Below are positions 8,759 to 17,800 of a DNA stretch of 64,000 nucleotides, piece by piece. Each line of letters begins with the position of its first letter. The stretch's first letter is position 1. The position numbers were made by a program, and so were the translations under genes. The notes under the pieces were generated by a model. It did no database searches. It saw only the letters and a program-made list of their open reading frames with translations, and was not told the origin of the DNA. The DNA is from an uncultured virus (IMG/VR IMGVR_UViG_3300049982_000338) (lineage: Duplodnaviria; Heunggongvirae; Uroviricota; Caudoviricetes): the IMG/VR virus record IMGVR_UViG_3300049982_000338. One strand, given 5' to 3'.

Positions 8759-9063
8759 AGCGGATCAACCCGGGCGGGCTCGTGGCTGCCGGCGTCGTCA
8801 GCGTTGACCCCCCGGTGCCGCCACGGACCGATAACCAGTTCGGTGCCAGTGGCTTCGACGGTGCGCTCGACGTAGACGCCGCAGACGCCGCAGGTGCCGA
8901 CCAGTGAGACAGGAGGTTGACGTGTGGGTCCGATCAGGAGCTCGCCGAGGTGCTCGGCGAAGCGTTCACCGGCGGTCGACTCGCGGGGGGTCCACCGCTC
9001 CTTGGTGAGTCGCCCTTCGGCGGCGGCGTCGAACAGCTCATCGTCGGTGTAGCGGTCAGGCAC
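8755..9063 (-). CDS. hypothetical protein
   Basis: coupled ORF with CGVC motif. Confidence 0.55.
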   Translation of the reverse strand: MPDRYTDDELFDAAAEGRLTKERWTPRESTAGERFAEHLGELLIGPTRQPPVSLVGTCGVCGVYVERTVEATGTELVIGPWRHRGVNADDAGSHEPARVDPL

Positions 9064-9691
9064 GGCGGGGCTCCTCGGTCGCGGGCCAGTGGTTGGCGAG
9101 GTCGGCGATCACCGCGGACGCACGGGCCTCCCCGAGCCCGAGGGGGCCGACCAGCAGCCGGCGGAGCGCGGAGTCCAGGTCGGCGGCGGCGATCGTGTCG
9201 AGGACGGCGGTCGCGTGCTGGCGGGCGTCGGCGGGGGTGAACTGCCCGACCTTCTCTCCGCGCGGCGACCACGCCGGCCGTCCGGACTCGATGTGGGTGT
9301 CGGCCAGGTGCAGGCCGATGAACGGCCGGAACGTGCGCGACCCGTTGAGGTGCTCATCGACGGCGACACCGGGGCGCAACAGCAGCGGGCCGGTGTCTGC
9401 GTCGGTGTCCGGCCGGTCCGGGCGCAGATCATGCGCGAACAGCTCCGCGACCAGCCGGTCGGGCACCGCGAGCTTGTTCATCAGCAGCCCGGCGACGGCG
9501 GCGTCGTGTTCGGCGGTGACCGCGGCGCGGATCACGGCGGCGGCATACGCGAGCGCCCGGTCGGGGGTCAGCCCCCAGGTGGTGCCGCCGACGCGGAGCC
9601 GCACCCCGTAGCCGCGGCCCTTCGGCAGCACCCAGGAGGACACCCAGATGCCGGGGGCGTCGCCGCCGGGCTGGTCGACAGGTTCGGTCAT
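9056..9691 (-). CDS. hypothetical protein
   Basis: GAGGAG RBS; internal repeat (LTPDRALAYAAAV / FTPADARQHATAV). Confidence 0.7.
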   Translation of the reverse strand: MTEPVDQPGGDAPGIWVSSWVLPKGRGYGVRLRVGGTTWGLTPDRALAYAAAVIRAAVTAEHDAAVAGLLMNKLAVPDRLVAELFAHDLRPDRPDTDADTGPLLLRPGVAVDEHLNGSRTFRPFIGLHLADTHIESGRPAWSPRGEKVGQFTPADARQHATAVLDTIAAADLDSALRRLLVGPLGLGEARASAVIADLANHWPATEEPRRA

Positions 9692-10101
9692 GGGGTGGGC
9701 TCCTCGCCGCAGGTCAGGCACACGACCCGGGAACCGGACCGGAGCCGCCGGGCGAGGCTGTCACCGGTGCGGTGCTGGAAGGCGAGGGGGCGGCCGTCGT
9801 GGGGGCACAGCCCGAACGCGGCCGGCTGCTGACCGCAGGTGCAGGGGTCGCCGCCGTTGACGGGGACGTGCACCTTCGTGTGGGGGTCGCACAGCGTCTC
9901 CCACACCGGCCCGGGGTCGCGGGTGGTGGTCATCGTGTGGGGCTCCTGGGTGGTGGTGATGGCGGTGGCCAACTGGTCGCGGGTCGGGGCGACCGCGGTG
10001 CCGGCGTGGAGCAGCCTGAAGCAGCGGGCGGCGTGGAACAGGTCGACACACCCAGCGTCCAACAGCCGGGCCAGATCAACGTCCGTCGGCGTGGTGGTCA
10101 C
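9688..10101 (-). CDS. hypothetical protein
   Basis: GAGGAGG RBS, coupled; Cys/His clusters. Confidence 0.55.
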   Translation of the reverse strand: MTTTPTDVDLARLLDAGCVDLFHAARCFRLLHAGTAVAPTRDQLATAITTTQEPHTMTTTRDPGPVWETLCDPHTKVHVPVNGGDPCTCGQQPAAFGLCPHDGRPLAFQHRTGDSLARRLRSGSRVVCLTCGEEPTP

Positions 10102-10316
10102 GGCGTGTCCTCCTCGCCGATGCACACCCCGCCGCAGTCCAGGCAGTGGTACGTGTCCCCGGTCCGCATCAGGCGCCCGTTCTCATACCAGGTCTGCCAG
10201 GTGTGCTGGCGGCCGAACAGGCAGCGGGCACGGTGACCGCGGCAGTGGGGCTCGGAGCACGTGACCGGGCCGCTGCCCCGCTTCGGCTCAGGCACGGCGG
10301 CCAGGGTGGTGGTCAT
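10098..10316 (-). CDS. small Cys-rich protein
   Basis: CSEPHC..CLFGRQH..CLDCG. Confidence 0.55.
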   Translation of the reverse strand: MTTTLAAVPEPKRGSGPVTCSEPHCRGHRARCLFGRQHTWQTWYENGRLMRTGDTYHCLDCGGVCIGEEDTP

Positions 10317-10459
10317 CGGCGTGACCGGTCGACGCGTTCCCCGGTACCACGGCAGACGGCGCAGCCGCGGACCCCGTCGGGGTAGCCGGTGCCGCCGCAG
10401 TGCTCGCACGGGTACGGGTGGTCCTCCTCGTAGGAAGACGCGTAGTCGTTCTCGGGCAT
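10313..10459 (-). CDS. DnaJ-type zinc-finger mini-protein (48 aa, not in the ORF track)
   Basis: MPENDYASSYEEDHPYPCEHCGGTGYPDGVRGCAVCRGTG; follows the CAGCTGAGGAGCTG RBS. Confidence 0.7.
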   Translation of the reverse strand: MPENDYASSYEEDHPYPCEHCGGTGYPDGVRGCAVCRGTGERVDRSRR

Positions 10460-10461
10460 GG

Positions 10462-10662
10462 TCAGCTCCTCAGCTGGTCGGGTCGAGCAGGGCCACCCGT
10501 GCGGGCGGCCCGGGCGTTGGCGACGGCGAGATACACGGTGAAGATCGAGAGCAGGAGCACGAGCAGCACGGCGCCGACGGCGATGGGCAGGAACGTCTGC
10601 ATCAGATGTACGGCGGCGGCGTGGTCCGCGATCTGCTCCGGCGTCAGCTCAGGGCAGTCCAT
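10462..10662 (-). CDS. small membrane protein
   Basis: MDCPELT..FLPIAVGAVLLVLLLSIFTVYLAV. Confidence 0.65.
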   Translation of the reverse strand: MDCPELTPEQIADHAAAVHLMQTFLPIAVGAVLLVLLLSIFTVYLAVANARAARTGGPARPDQLRS

Positions 10663-10663
10663 G

Positions 10664-10825
10664 TCAGTTGACCGGGTCGGTGGACGGGCCGCCGCCGACG
10701 ATCTCGCGGCCGTCGGGACCGATGCACCGGTGCCGGTGCATGCCCCCATCGGGTCGTGCGGCGATGGTCCGCTTGCAGTCGGCGCAGTACAGGACGGGCT
10801 TCGGTGGCCGCTCGGGGTCGGTCAT
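10664..10825 (-). CDS. small hypothetical protein (53 aa, not in the ORF track)
   Basis: MTDPERPPKPVLYCADCKRTI..HRHRC; follows the RBS motif. Confidence 0.65.
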   Translation of the reverse strand: MTDPERPPKPVLYCADCKRTIAARPDGGMHRHRCIGPDGREIVGGGPSTDPVN

Positions 10826-10892
10826 GTCAGCTCCTCAGCTGGTGGGGTGAACACCTGCCACTCTACCCCTAGACACCCGATGGCGTCCACGG

Positions 10893-11429
10893 CTAGACGG
10901 CGGTGGCGAGGCGGCGTGCGCGGGCCGCCCGACCACGCGGCGTCGACACAGCACCCACCGGCGTGCGCTCCGGGGTAGGCGCGGCCCGCAGGTGGTGCGC
11001 GAACACCACGTCCAGCCGGTCGGCCTGCTGCCACGCCCGCCGCAGTCCCACATGGTCACCGCGTTCCTCCGCCAACTCCGCCAACGTCGGCCGCCCAGCC
11101 CGGGCACGCACCTGGGACGCGACGGCCTGGAACGCGGCCTCCGCGGCGGCCTCCGCCTCCACCGCCGCCTGGTGCCTCGCGGCGTCCAGCTCCAACCGCA
11201 GCCGGTCCGCCACCGCCGCCGGGTGGGTGTACGCCCGCCACGCCTCCGCCGCCGCCACCGTCGCCGCCACCTTCACCGGGTCACCATCGTCCAACGCCGC
11301 CCACTCCGGGGTGCCGTACTCCGGCACCGCCTGCCCCCCGCCGCGGGCGAGCAGCTGCGCGGACCAGGCCGGCACCGGGCCGGTGTCCGGGGCGAGCACG
11401 GGCGGAGCGGGGCGGTGACGACGGGACAC
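10893..11429 (-). CDS. DUF2742-like protein
   Basis: PEYGTPEWAALDDGDPVKVAATVAAAEAW; GAGGAG RBS. Confidence 0.7.
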   Translation of the reverse strand: MSRRHRPAPPVLAPDTGPVPAWSAQLLARGGGQAVPEYGTPEWAALDDGDPVKVAATVAAAEAWRAYTHPAAVADRLRLELDAARHQAAVEAEAAAEAAFQAVASQVRARAGRPTLAELAEERGDHVGLRRAWQQADRLDVVFAHHLRAAPTPERTPVGAVSTPRGRAARARRLATAV

Positions 11430-11465
11430 GCGGAGCTCCTCGGGTCGGCGAACCGTACACACCGA

Positions 11466-11479
11466 GTCTACCTGTAGAC
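11466..11479. promoter_or_regulatory. operator palindrome GTCTAC-N2-GTAGAC overlapping a TAGACT -10 box
   Basis: perfect half-site palindrome matching the operators in the early promoters. Confidence 0.6.
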
Positions 11480-11661
11480 GTGAGCTGGCGCGACCCCATC
11501 TGCACGACAGATCAGGCAATCTCCCTGGTCAGACCAGCCATCACACCCTCTGTAACAGAGCGGACCCTGGACCGGTGCGGGGGCAGAGGAGCAGTACCCC
11601 TCTGCCCCCGGCAACTGGCCTTCGGGTCCGCCCAGGTTCCCGCACGGTGACCGGAAGGGGG

Positions 11662-11706
11662 GCAAGGAGGCCGCAGGCACCGCGGAGCGGCGCGCAGCGT
11701 CCTTGC
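11662..11706 (+). other. four-way junction of three GNA-triloop hairpins
   Basis: GCAAGGA/TCCTTGC closes GCC-GCA-GGC, CCGC-GGA-GCGG and CGC-GCA-GCG. Confidence 0.7.
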
Positions 11707-11722
11707 GGCCCGCTGTCGCAGC

Positions 11723-12412
11723 TCAGCCCCGCGGGTCCGTGTCCGTGACCAGCGCGGCGAGCATCGCCCGGCCGCCGTCGGTGAGGACGTGGATGCGGTA
11801 GCCGTTGCGCTCCTCGTCCAGCCGGACGGCCCAGCCGCGGGAGGGCTTCGTCAGGTACGAGAGGGCCCCGGACGCCTTCCCCTCAGACCAGCGGCTGACC
11901 GCGGCGAGTTCGACCAGCGTCAGCCCCGCCTCAGCGCGCCGCAGCCACTCGGCGGCCTGCTGGTACACCCGGCCGGTGGGGGCCGGCAGCGGCAGGCTGA
12001 CGGGGCGGGCGATGCCGCGGGCGGGGCGGTCCCGGCCGTCCCCGGAGGTGACAGTGGTCGGCTCGTCGTCCAGCTGCCCGGCCTCGCGCAGGGTCTTGAT
12101 GTCCTCGGTGATGGTGCCCAGGCCGACGCCCAGCTTCGCGGCGATCCCCCGCTGCGACATGCCCTGCAGGCGGAGGTCCCCGACGATGGCCTGCCGCTCA
12201 CCGATGGGGAGGCGGAGCTGGGCGAGGAGGTCCCCGAAGCGGTCCAGGGCGTAGGACGCCCAGTCCGGGAAGCCGGCGACGGTGTGGGCGCCGCCGGCCC
12301 GGAGCTGGGCGAGGCTGGTGATCGCGGAGATCAGGTCCCCGCGGACGTTGAGTTCGAGGGACTCAACCTCCGCGGCGGTCAGCACGGACGTCGTGGTGGT
12401 GGGGATGGTCAT
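11723..12412 (-). CDS. HTH DNA-binding protein (two HTH domains)
   Basis: GMSQRGIAAKLGVGLGTITEDI; C-terminal winged helix GLTLVELA..SGALSYL..LTDGGR. Confidence 0.8.
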   Translation of the reverse strand: MTIPTTTTSVLTAAEVESLELNVRGDLISAITSLAQLRAGGAHTVAGFPDWASYALDRFGDLLAQLRLPIGERQAIVGDLRLQGMSQRGIAAKLGVGLGTITEDIKTLREAGQLDDEPTTVTSGDGRDRPARGIARPVSLPLPAPTGRVYQQAAEWLRRAEAGLTLVELAAVSRWSEGKASGALSYLTKPSRGWAVRLDEERNGYRIHVLTDGGRAMLAALVTDTDPRG

Positions 12413-12447
12413 GGCGGCAGCTCCTCAGCTGGTTGGTGCGGCGCGGG

Positions 12448-12687
12448 TCAGCGGTGGTCGGCGCCGTGGTTGGTGCCGTTGCAGGTGCAGTCGCAGGAGG
12501 GGCCGAGGGCGGAGGTGCACTTGACGCCGCACGCGTGGTCGGTGGCCCGGGCCTTGATCGGCCGGTAGTTGGTGATCCATGCGCCGCAGGCGTCGTGCCG
12601 GACGAACTTCGCGGTGGTCCGCACCGTGGCCTTGCAGCCGGAGCAGGAGCCGAGGAACGTGCCGGTGGCGGTGCGGGCGGTGGTCAC
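12448..12687 (-). CDS. Cys-rich hypothetical protein
   Basis: leaderless GTG; CGVKCTSALGPSCDCTCNGTNHG. Confidence 0.75.
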   Translation of the reverse strand: MTTARTATGTFLGSCSGCKATVRTTAKFVRHDACGAWITNYRPIKARATDHACGVKCTSALGPSCDCTCNGTNHGADHR

Positions 12688-12733
12688 AAGAGGAACGCTA
12701 GCCCTAGACACCCGTCCTGTCCAGCCCTAGACG
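12688..12733 (-). promoter_or_regulatory. leaderless promoter with operators
   Basis: GTCTAGggCTGGACA-17bp-TAGCGT-7nt-GTG. Confidence 0.8.
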
Positions 12734-13131
12734 TTGGCGCGTCGTGTGGCGGCGCACGGACGGCAGTTCGGGCGCCCGGTCTTCGGGTCGAGCGCCCGCG
12801 CCCACCGCACGAAGCTGCCGTGCTCGCACTTCGGTGCCGGGAGCAGGATCCGGAACGGGTTCACCGGGTCCTGCGACCACCCGGCCGGCAGGTCCGCCAG
12901 GTGCCGGTACTCCAGGGGCTTGTCCACGAACAGCCCGCGGGCTTCGTCCTCGGCGATCAGCTCCGCGACGAGGGGGTGGGTGGGGTCGTAGTAGTCGACA
13001 GGTGCGGTGGTGGTCATCCACTCCGGCAGGACCCGGGTGTGCGGCCGGACCTTCACGGTGCGGGTGGCGCCGTCCGGGCCGGTGACGCGGCGGCGGTGCC
13101 CGCGCACGGGTGTCTCCTCGATGGTGCTCAT
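12727..13131 (-). CDS. hypothetical protein
   Basis: RBS motif; VRGHRRR/VRPHTR and CEHG..CRPC. Confidence 0.7.
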   Translation of the reverse strand: MSTIEETPVRGHRRRVTGPDGATRTVKVRPHTRVLPEWMTTTAPVDYYDPTHPLVAELIAEDEARGLFVDKPLEYRHLADLPAGWSQDPVNPFRILLPAPKCEHGSFVRWARALDPKTGRPNCRPCAATRRANV

Positions 13132-13157
13132 GGTGTTCAGCTCCTCAGCTGGTCGAT

Positions 13158-13207
13158 CGGTGCGGGTCAGGCGGTGCGGGTCAGGCGGTGCGGGTCAGGC
13201 GGTGCGG
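13158..13207. repeat. 14-bp tandem repeat x3.5
   Basis: CGGTGCGGGTCAGG repeated. Confidence 0.9.
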
Positions 13208-13563
13208 TAGGAGTCCAGGTCGATGACCTCCGCCTCGAACGCGGCGAGCTCGGCCAGGACCGCGGCGACCTCGGCGGCGGTGGGGATCTCCCCCGCGGCG
13301 GCCAGGCGGTGCAGGTCCAGGGCGACGATGCGGGTGATCCGGCCCAGGAAGTCGGGGTGCCCGGCGGCCTCGGCGGCGGCGGCCATCACGTCGTCGTGGG
13401 TGACCAGCACCAGCACGGTGGGGTTCTCCCACACGGCCGGGTCGGTGGTGACGGTGACCGTGAGGCTGGTCAGGTCGAGGGTGGCGACCGCGGTCGGCTG
13501 GGCCATGACGGCGGCCAGCTGCTCGCGGGTCACGCGGGGGGCGGGAGTGCGTGTGGCGTCCAT
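13195..13563 (-). CDS. hypothetical protein
   Basis: MDATRTPAPRV..; ends VIDLDSYRTA. Confidence 0.65.
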   Translation of the reverse strand: MDATRTPAPRVTREQLAAVMAQPTAVATLDLTSLTVTVTTDPAVWENPTVLVLVTHDDVMAAAAEAAGHPDFLGRITRIVALDLHRLAAAGEIPTAAEVAAVLAELAAFEAEVIDLDSYRTA

Positions 13564-13640
13564 GCTCCCAGTAACGGCACCGTTGGCCCCGTTGTGTAGC
13601 CGAACGACGCGGGATCCCCCGGAAGGGTTAGACCGGCGGG

Positions 13641-13877
13641 TCACGGCCGAGCCAGATCGGTCCTGTACGTCTGCCACTGGGCGACGGTGGGCCCGCCCGG
13701 CAGTAGCGGCTGATCCCGCACGACGACGTACTCAGTCGTGCCGTCACCCGCGACGGCGTATCCGGTGACGGTGGCGGTGCCATAGCGGTACGCCTTGGGG
13801 TACTGCTCGGCGGCGTGCCGCACCCGGGCACCGACGGGTAGGAGCGGCTGCGCCGCAGGCTGGGATGCGCTGGTCAT
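13641..13877 (-). CDS. small SH3/KOW-like hypothetical protein
   Basis: leaderless ATG; LPVGARVRH..GTATVTGY..EYVVVRD. Confidence 0.65.
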   Translation of the reverse strand: MTSASQPAAQPLLPVGARVRHAAEQYPKAYRYGTATVTGYAVAGDGTTEYVVVRDQPLLPGGPTVAQWQTYRTDLARP

Positions 13878-13923
13878 GCCGGTAACGCTAGACCTAGACA
13901 GGCATGATGTCCAGCCCTAGACG
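13878..13923 (-). promoter_or_regulatory. leaderless promoter with operators
   Basis: GTCTAGggCTGGACA-17bp-TAGCGT-7nt-ATG. Confidence 0.8.
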
Positions 13924-13955
13924 CGACGGGTCTGTCCGGATCCGTACAGACGACA

Positions 13956-13990
13956 CCGGCCCCCGCCCGCACGAAGCGGACAGGGGCCGG
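13956..13990 (-). terminator. stem-loop ending the head operon
   Basis: CCGGCCCC..GGGGCCGG inverted repeat between the head genes and the next promoter. Confidence 0.5.
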
Positions 13991-14011
13991 AGCCGGTGAG
14001 CAAGGGAAGCG

Positions 14012-14164
14012 TCAGGTGACGGTGACGACCTTGCTGCCGGGCTGCGCGGACATCGCCGCGATCGCCTCCGTCCGAGACACGTACACGCCGCCGCTGGTCC
14101 CGTCCGGCTTCACCAGCTGGTACCGGGTGCCGGTGCCCTTCGCGCCCGAGCAGTTGCATCCCAT
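14012..14164 (-). CDS. small MGCNC-type head-region protein
   Basis: MGCNCSGAKG..YQLVKPDG..EAIAA; typical small gene after actinophage head proteases. Confidence 0.7.
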   Translation of the reverse strand: MGCNCSGAKGTGTRYQLVKPDGTSGGVYVSRTEAIAAMSAQPGSKVVTVT

Positions 14165-14177
14165 CGTTGTGCTCCTC

Positions 14178-14633
14178 TCAGTTGGTGCCGGGGCGGGGAA
14201 CCCAGCCACCGGGGTTGTCCAGGCTCGCCGGGCCGGTCGTGGTGACCCGGCGCCCGTCCGGGGTGAACACGGTCAGGCCGAGCACGTCGGGTTGCCCGGG
14301 CTGGATGCCGTGGACGACGGCGGGGCGGACGGCGGTGTCCGACAGCCAGGTGTAGGTGTCCCAGTCCCAGGTCTGCTCGGTCCATTGCACGAGGACGGTG
14401 TCGCCGAGCTGGGGCAGCGGCCCGGCCGGGGCCGGCTCCGGGGCGGGCTCCGGCTCCGGGCCGGGCTCGTCGGCCGGTGGGGTCACCGGCTCCGCCGGGG
14501 CGTCCTCGGGGTCAGCGGCGGGGACGGGATCCGGGACCGGCGTGGGCTCGGCCTCCGGCTCCGATACCGGCGCCGGATCGGGGACGACCGGGGCCGGCTC
14601 ATCGGCAGGGTCGGGGGTGATCGGGTCAGACAC
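14178..14633 (-). CDS. Pro/Glu-rich linker + SH3-like domain protein
   Basis: GAGGAG RBS; PQLGDTVLV..RPAVV..LGLTVFTPDG, resembling the neighbouring 14642..14872 product. Confidence 0.7.
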   Translation of the reverse strand: MSDPITPDPADEPAPVVPDPAPVSEPEAEPTPVPDPVPAADPEDAPAEPVTPPADEPGPEPEPAPEPAPAGPLPQLGDTVLVQWTEQTWDWDTYTWLSDTAVRPAVVHGIQPGQPDVLGLTVFTPDGRRVTTTGPASLDNPGGWVPRPGTN

Positions 14634-14641
14634 GGGGCTCC

Positions 14642-14872
14642 TCAGAATCGGGGGGGCCAGGACCAGTGGCCCGGCGTCGGGGTCTCCGCGTACGGCACGG
14701 AGAGGTCGAAGAACAGGCCGGTCGGGTTCAGCACGCACAGGTGCACGCGCTGCCCGTCGGCGTCGGCGGGCAGCACCTCGGTGATGACCGCGGCGCGGAC
14801 GGCGGGCGGGAACTGCCCGTCCGCCGACCCCCGCGACATCGCGTGCACGACCCGGCCGACGGTGGGCTTCAT
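14642..14872 (-). CDS. small conserved phage protein
   Basis: MKPTVGRVVH..RAAVITEV..LCVLNPTGLFF..GHWSWP. Confidence 0.75.
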   Translation of the reverse strand: MKPTVGRVVHAMSRGSADGQFPPAVRAAVITEVLPADADGQRVHLCVLNPTGLFFDLSVPYAETPTPGHWSWPPRF

Positions 14873-17800
14873 CGGGCGGTGACCGTGGTGGCGAGGGCGG
14901 CGAGCCGGTCCCGGCGCGGCCCGTCCACGGTCGTCGACAGGGCGGCGAGCTTCCGCTGCCGGGTGCGGTCCGGGCGGACGGCGGCGGCGAGGCCGCGGAG
15001 TCGGGCGGCGCGTTCGGTGGCGGCGGTCTCCTCCCGCAGCTGCGCGCGGACGGCGGCGGTGACGTCCGCGGTGATCCGCTGCGTCAGCTGCGCCAGGCTC
15101 GAGGACGTGGCCGGCTTCGCGTCCGGGTCGACGGGCCGCACCGACGGGGCGGCGGTGAGCGCGGTCCGCCCGGAGGAGTCGGTGGCGAACCTGGGGGTCG
15201 GGAACCCGGGGGCGTTGACCGACAGGACGCCGATCATCTCCAGCTCCCCACCGATCCGCCGCCAGTCACCACTGACCGGGGAGCGCCGCAGGTCGTAGAT
15301 CTGCTCCTCGGTGACGCCGGGGGTGAGGGCACCGGCGAACGCGATGCCGTGCTCGTCCTCGTACATGCGGACGACGGCGGCGCCGGCGCCCTGCACGTCG
15401 TAGTGCTCGATCGCCGATCGGTAGGCGAGCCGCACGTCGGCGTGCCGACCACCCAGGGTCAGGTTGCCGACCGCGACCCGGGACCCGTCCTCGGTGACGA
15501 CCTCACCGGTGTGGAAATGCTTGTACCCGGACGGGGAGGGCGGGGGGGTGACGCAGGTGTTGGAGAACCCGACGTGGCACACGTCCCACAGGGCGGCGTG
15601 CCCGAACACCCTGCCGTCGTCGGTGATCGTCAACGCGGTCGGGCCCTGGAGCTTGGGGTCCTCGAACCAGGCGGCCGGGGGGCGCAGCGGGCCGGCGGCG
15701 GCGATCAGTGACACCTCGGCGTCGGCCTCCGCCGCGGGGGTGGTGTCGGCGGGGGTGACCACGGTGACCGCGGCCGGCGCCACGTCCAGCGGGTCCCCGT
15801 TGTCGGTGCCGTCGGCGTCGGTCGGCTGCACGGTGACGGTCTCGGTGGCCTCGTCCACGGCGGTCACCCGGCCACGCACCGTGCCGGTGTCGGTCTCCAC
15901 GTCGACCAGGGCACCGACCCCGATGTCCGCACCCGCGGCATCCTGCAGCGCGGCCTCCGCACCAGCAGCAGGCAGGGTCACCGCAGCGGCCGACAGCTCG
16001 ATCTTGGCGCCCTCGAACGCCGGCGTGGCCACCTGCGTCACCGCAATCAACTTGCCCTCGGCCACCTGCTCGAGGACCTTCGGGTCCTCCCCGCGGTCCC
16101 ACGCGTCGAAGATGTCCTCCATGCTCACCGGGTTGCCGGCCTCGTCGACGAGCTCCCCGACCACGTCGGACAGATCCACCGACACGTGCCCGAGCCCGGA
16201 CTCGGTGAGCGCGACGGCCTGCTCCACGGCCTTCGCCAGGTCCGGGGCCGTGGTGGCGTCGGCGTCCAGGTAGTCCCCCGAGGCTTCGATGCCCTGGTCG
16301 GTGAACGTGACGTCGAGGATGCGGCCGACGACCACCGACCCGTCATGGCCCATGCCGCTACTGGGCTGGAACAGGAGGGGCAGCGGCAGCTCGCGGGCCG
16401 TCAGCGAACCGACGGCGAAGATCCTGCCGTCGCCGGTCGGCATGCCGAACGGGGCCAGATGGGGGGCGGACTTCCAGGTACGTGGCATCGAGGGGCGTCC
16501 TTCGAGATCGGAAGGGTCGCCCGGCCCGAAGCCAGCAGCGGTCACAGTGTCCCCCACGTGGGGGGTGGTGGCGGGGAGGACGGTCAGGTCCCCCGGCCGG
16601 GCGAGCAGCCGCCCGGCCGGGTCCACGTCATGTGAGGACGGCGGGATGACGAGGACGTCGCCGCCGGTCCAGCCGAGCCGGTCGGCGGCCGGATCCGGGA
16701 TCCAGCCCTCCGCGGCGCGGCGGGCGACGAACGCGGCGGCCTGGGCCTGCACCCAGCCGCGGACCCACAGCACGAACAACCCCTGCGGGTCGGCAGTGTC
16801 GTGGGCGGGGTCGAACGGGCAGATGGTGAGGTCCTCCCCGTCGGCGTAGGCGTTCCGGCCGGCCGCGTAGGCGTCCAGCTGCGCCGCCGTGGGCTCGACC
16901 GGCGCCGCGGGGCTCCGCCGCGCCGCCGCCGTCAACACGACGGCATCGTCGACCGGGCCGGGGGCGGCCTTCAGGGCGGTGCGGTCCCGGTTGATCTGCA
17001 ACGACACCGCCCGCGCCTTCGCCGCCCGATCCGCGAACCCCGCCGCCTTCGTGCGCTCGTAGTAGAACTCGGCCCACGCGATCCGCCGGTTCTCCGGAGC
17101 CTCGAACCACTCCAGCAGCTCATCGGTGGCGTACTGCATCACGTCCGCCACCCCCCGCTTCCCGGAGAACATGTCCATCGCCGTCCGGCCCAGCCGCTCC
17201 CCCCGCGGGGTCACCAGGTAGCCGTTGGTGGCGGCCTCCGCCCGCAGCCACTGCTGGTGCAGGTAGTCCCGGTACTCGGCCTGCACCTCCTTGAACGACG
17301 GCACCCCCACCTCCGACAACACCCCGCCCACGGCCGGATGAGTCAAGCCGGGGCGGCCGTTGGCCTCGCGCCACCGGTCGATCGCCGCGTTCACCCCAGC
17401 GACCCCGAGGGTGTCCTCCTCCTCGCCGAGCTCGCCCTCGACGCGTTGCGCCTCCTGGAACAGCCCCAGGTCCTCCAGCCGGGCCTCGTCCAGCGGGTCA
17501 CCGGAGGCCACCCCGTTGATGAGGTGAACCTCCAGGTCCTCCAACTCGTCGGGGTCCAGGGCGGACAGGTAGGCGTGGGTCAGCTTCCGGGGCACCCCGG
17601 CGTCGTCGGTGGCCTCAGCGAGGCGCGCTTCCCGGTCGGCGTCCTCCCGGGCCTGGAGCTTGGCGGCCTTCTTCGCCGCCGCTGCCGCGACCTTCGCGGC
17701 CTTCTTCTCCGCCGCCACCGTCTCCGCTTGACGGGCGGCGGCCACCTCATCACCCAGGTCCGGTGCCGCATCCGGGGTGGCGTCCCGGGGGTCGACAGCT

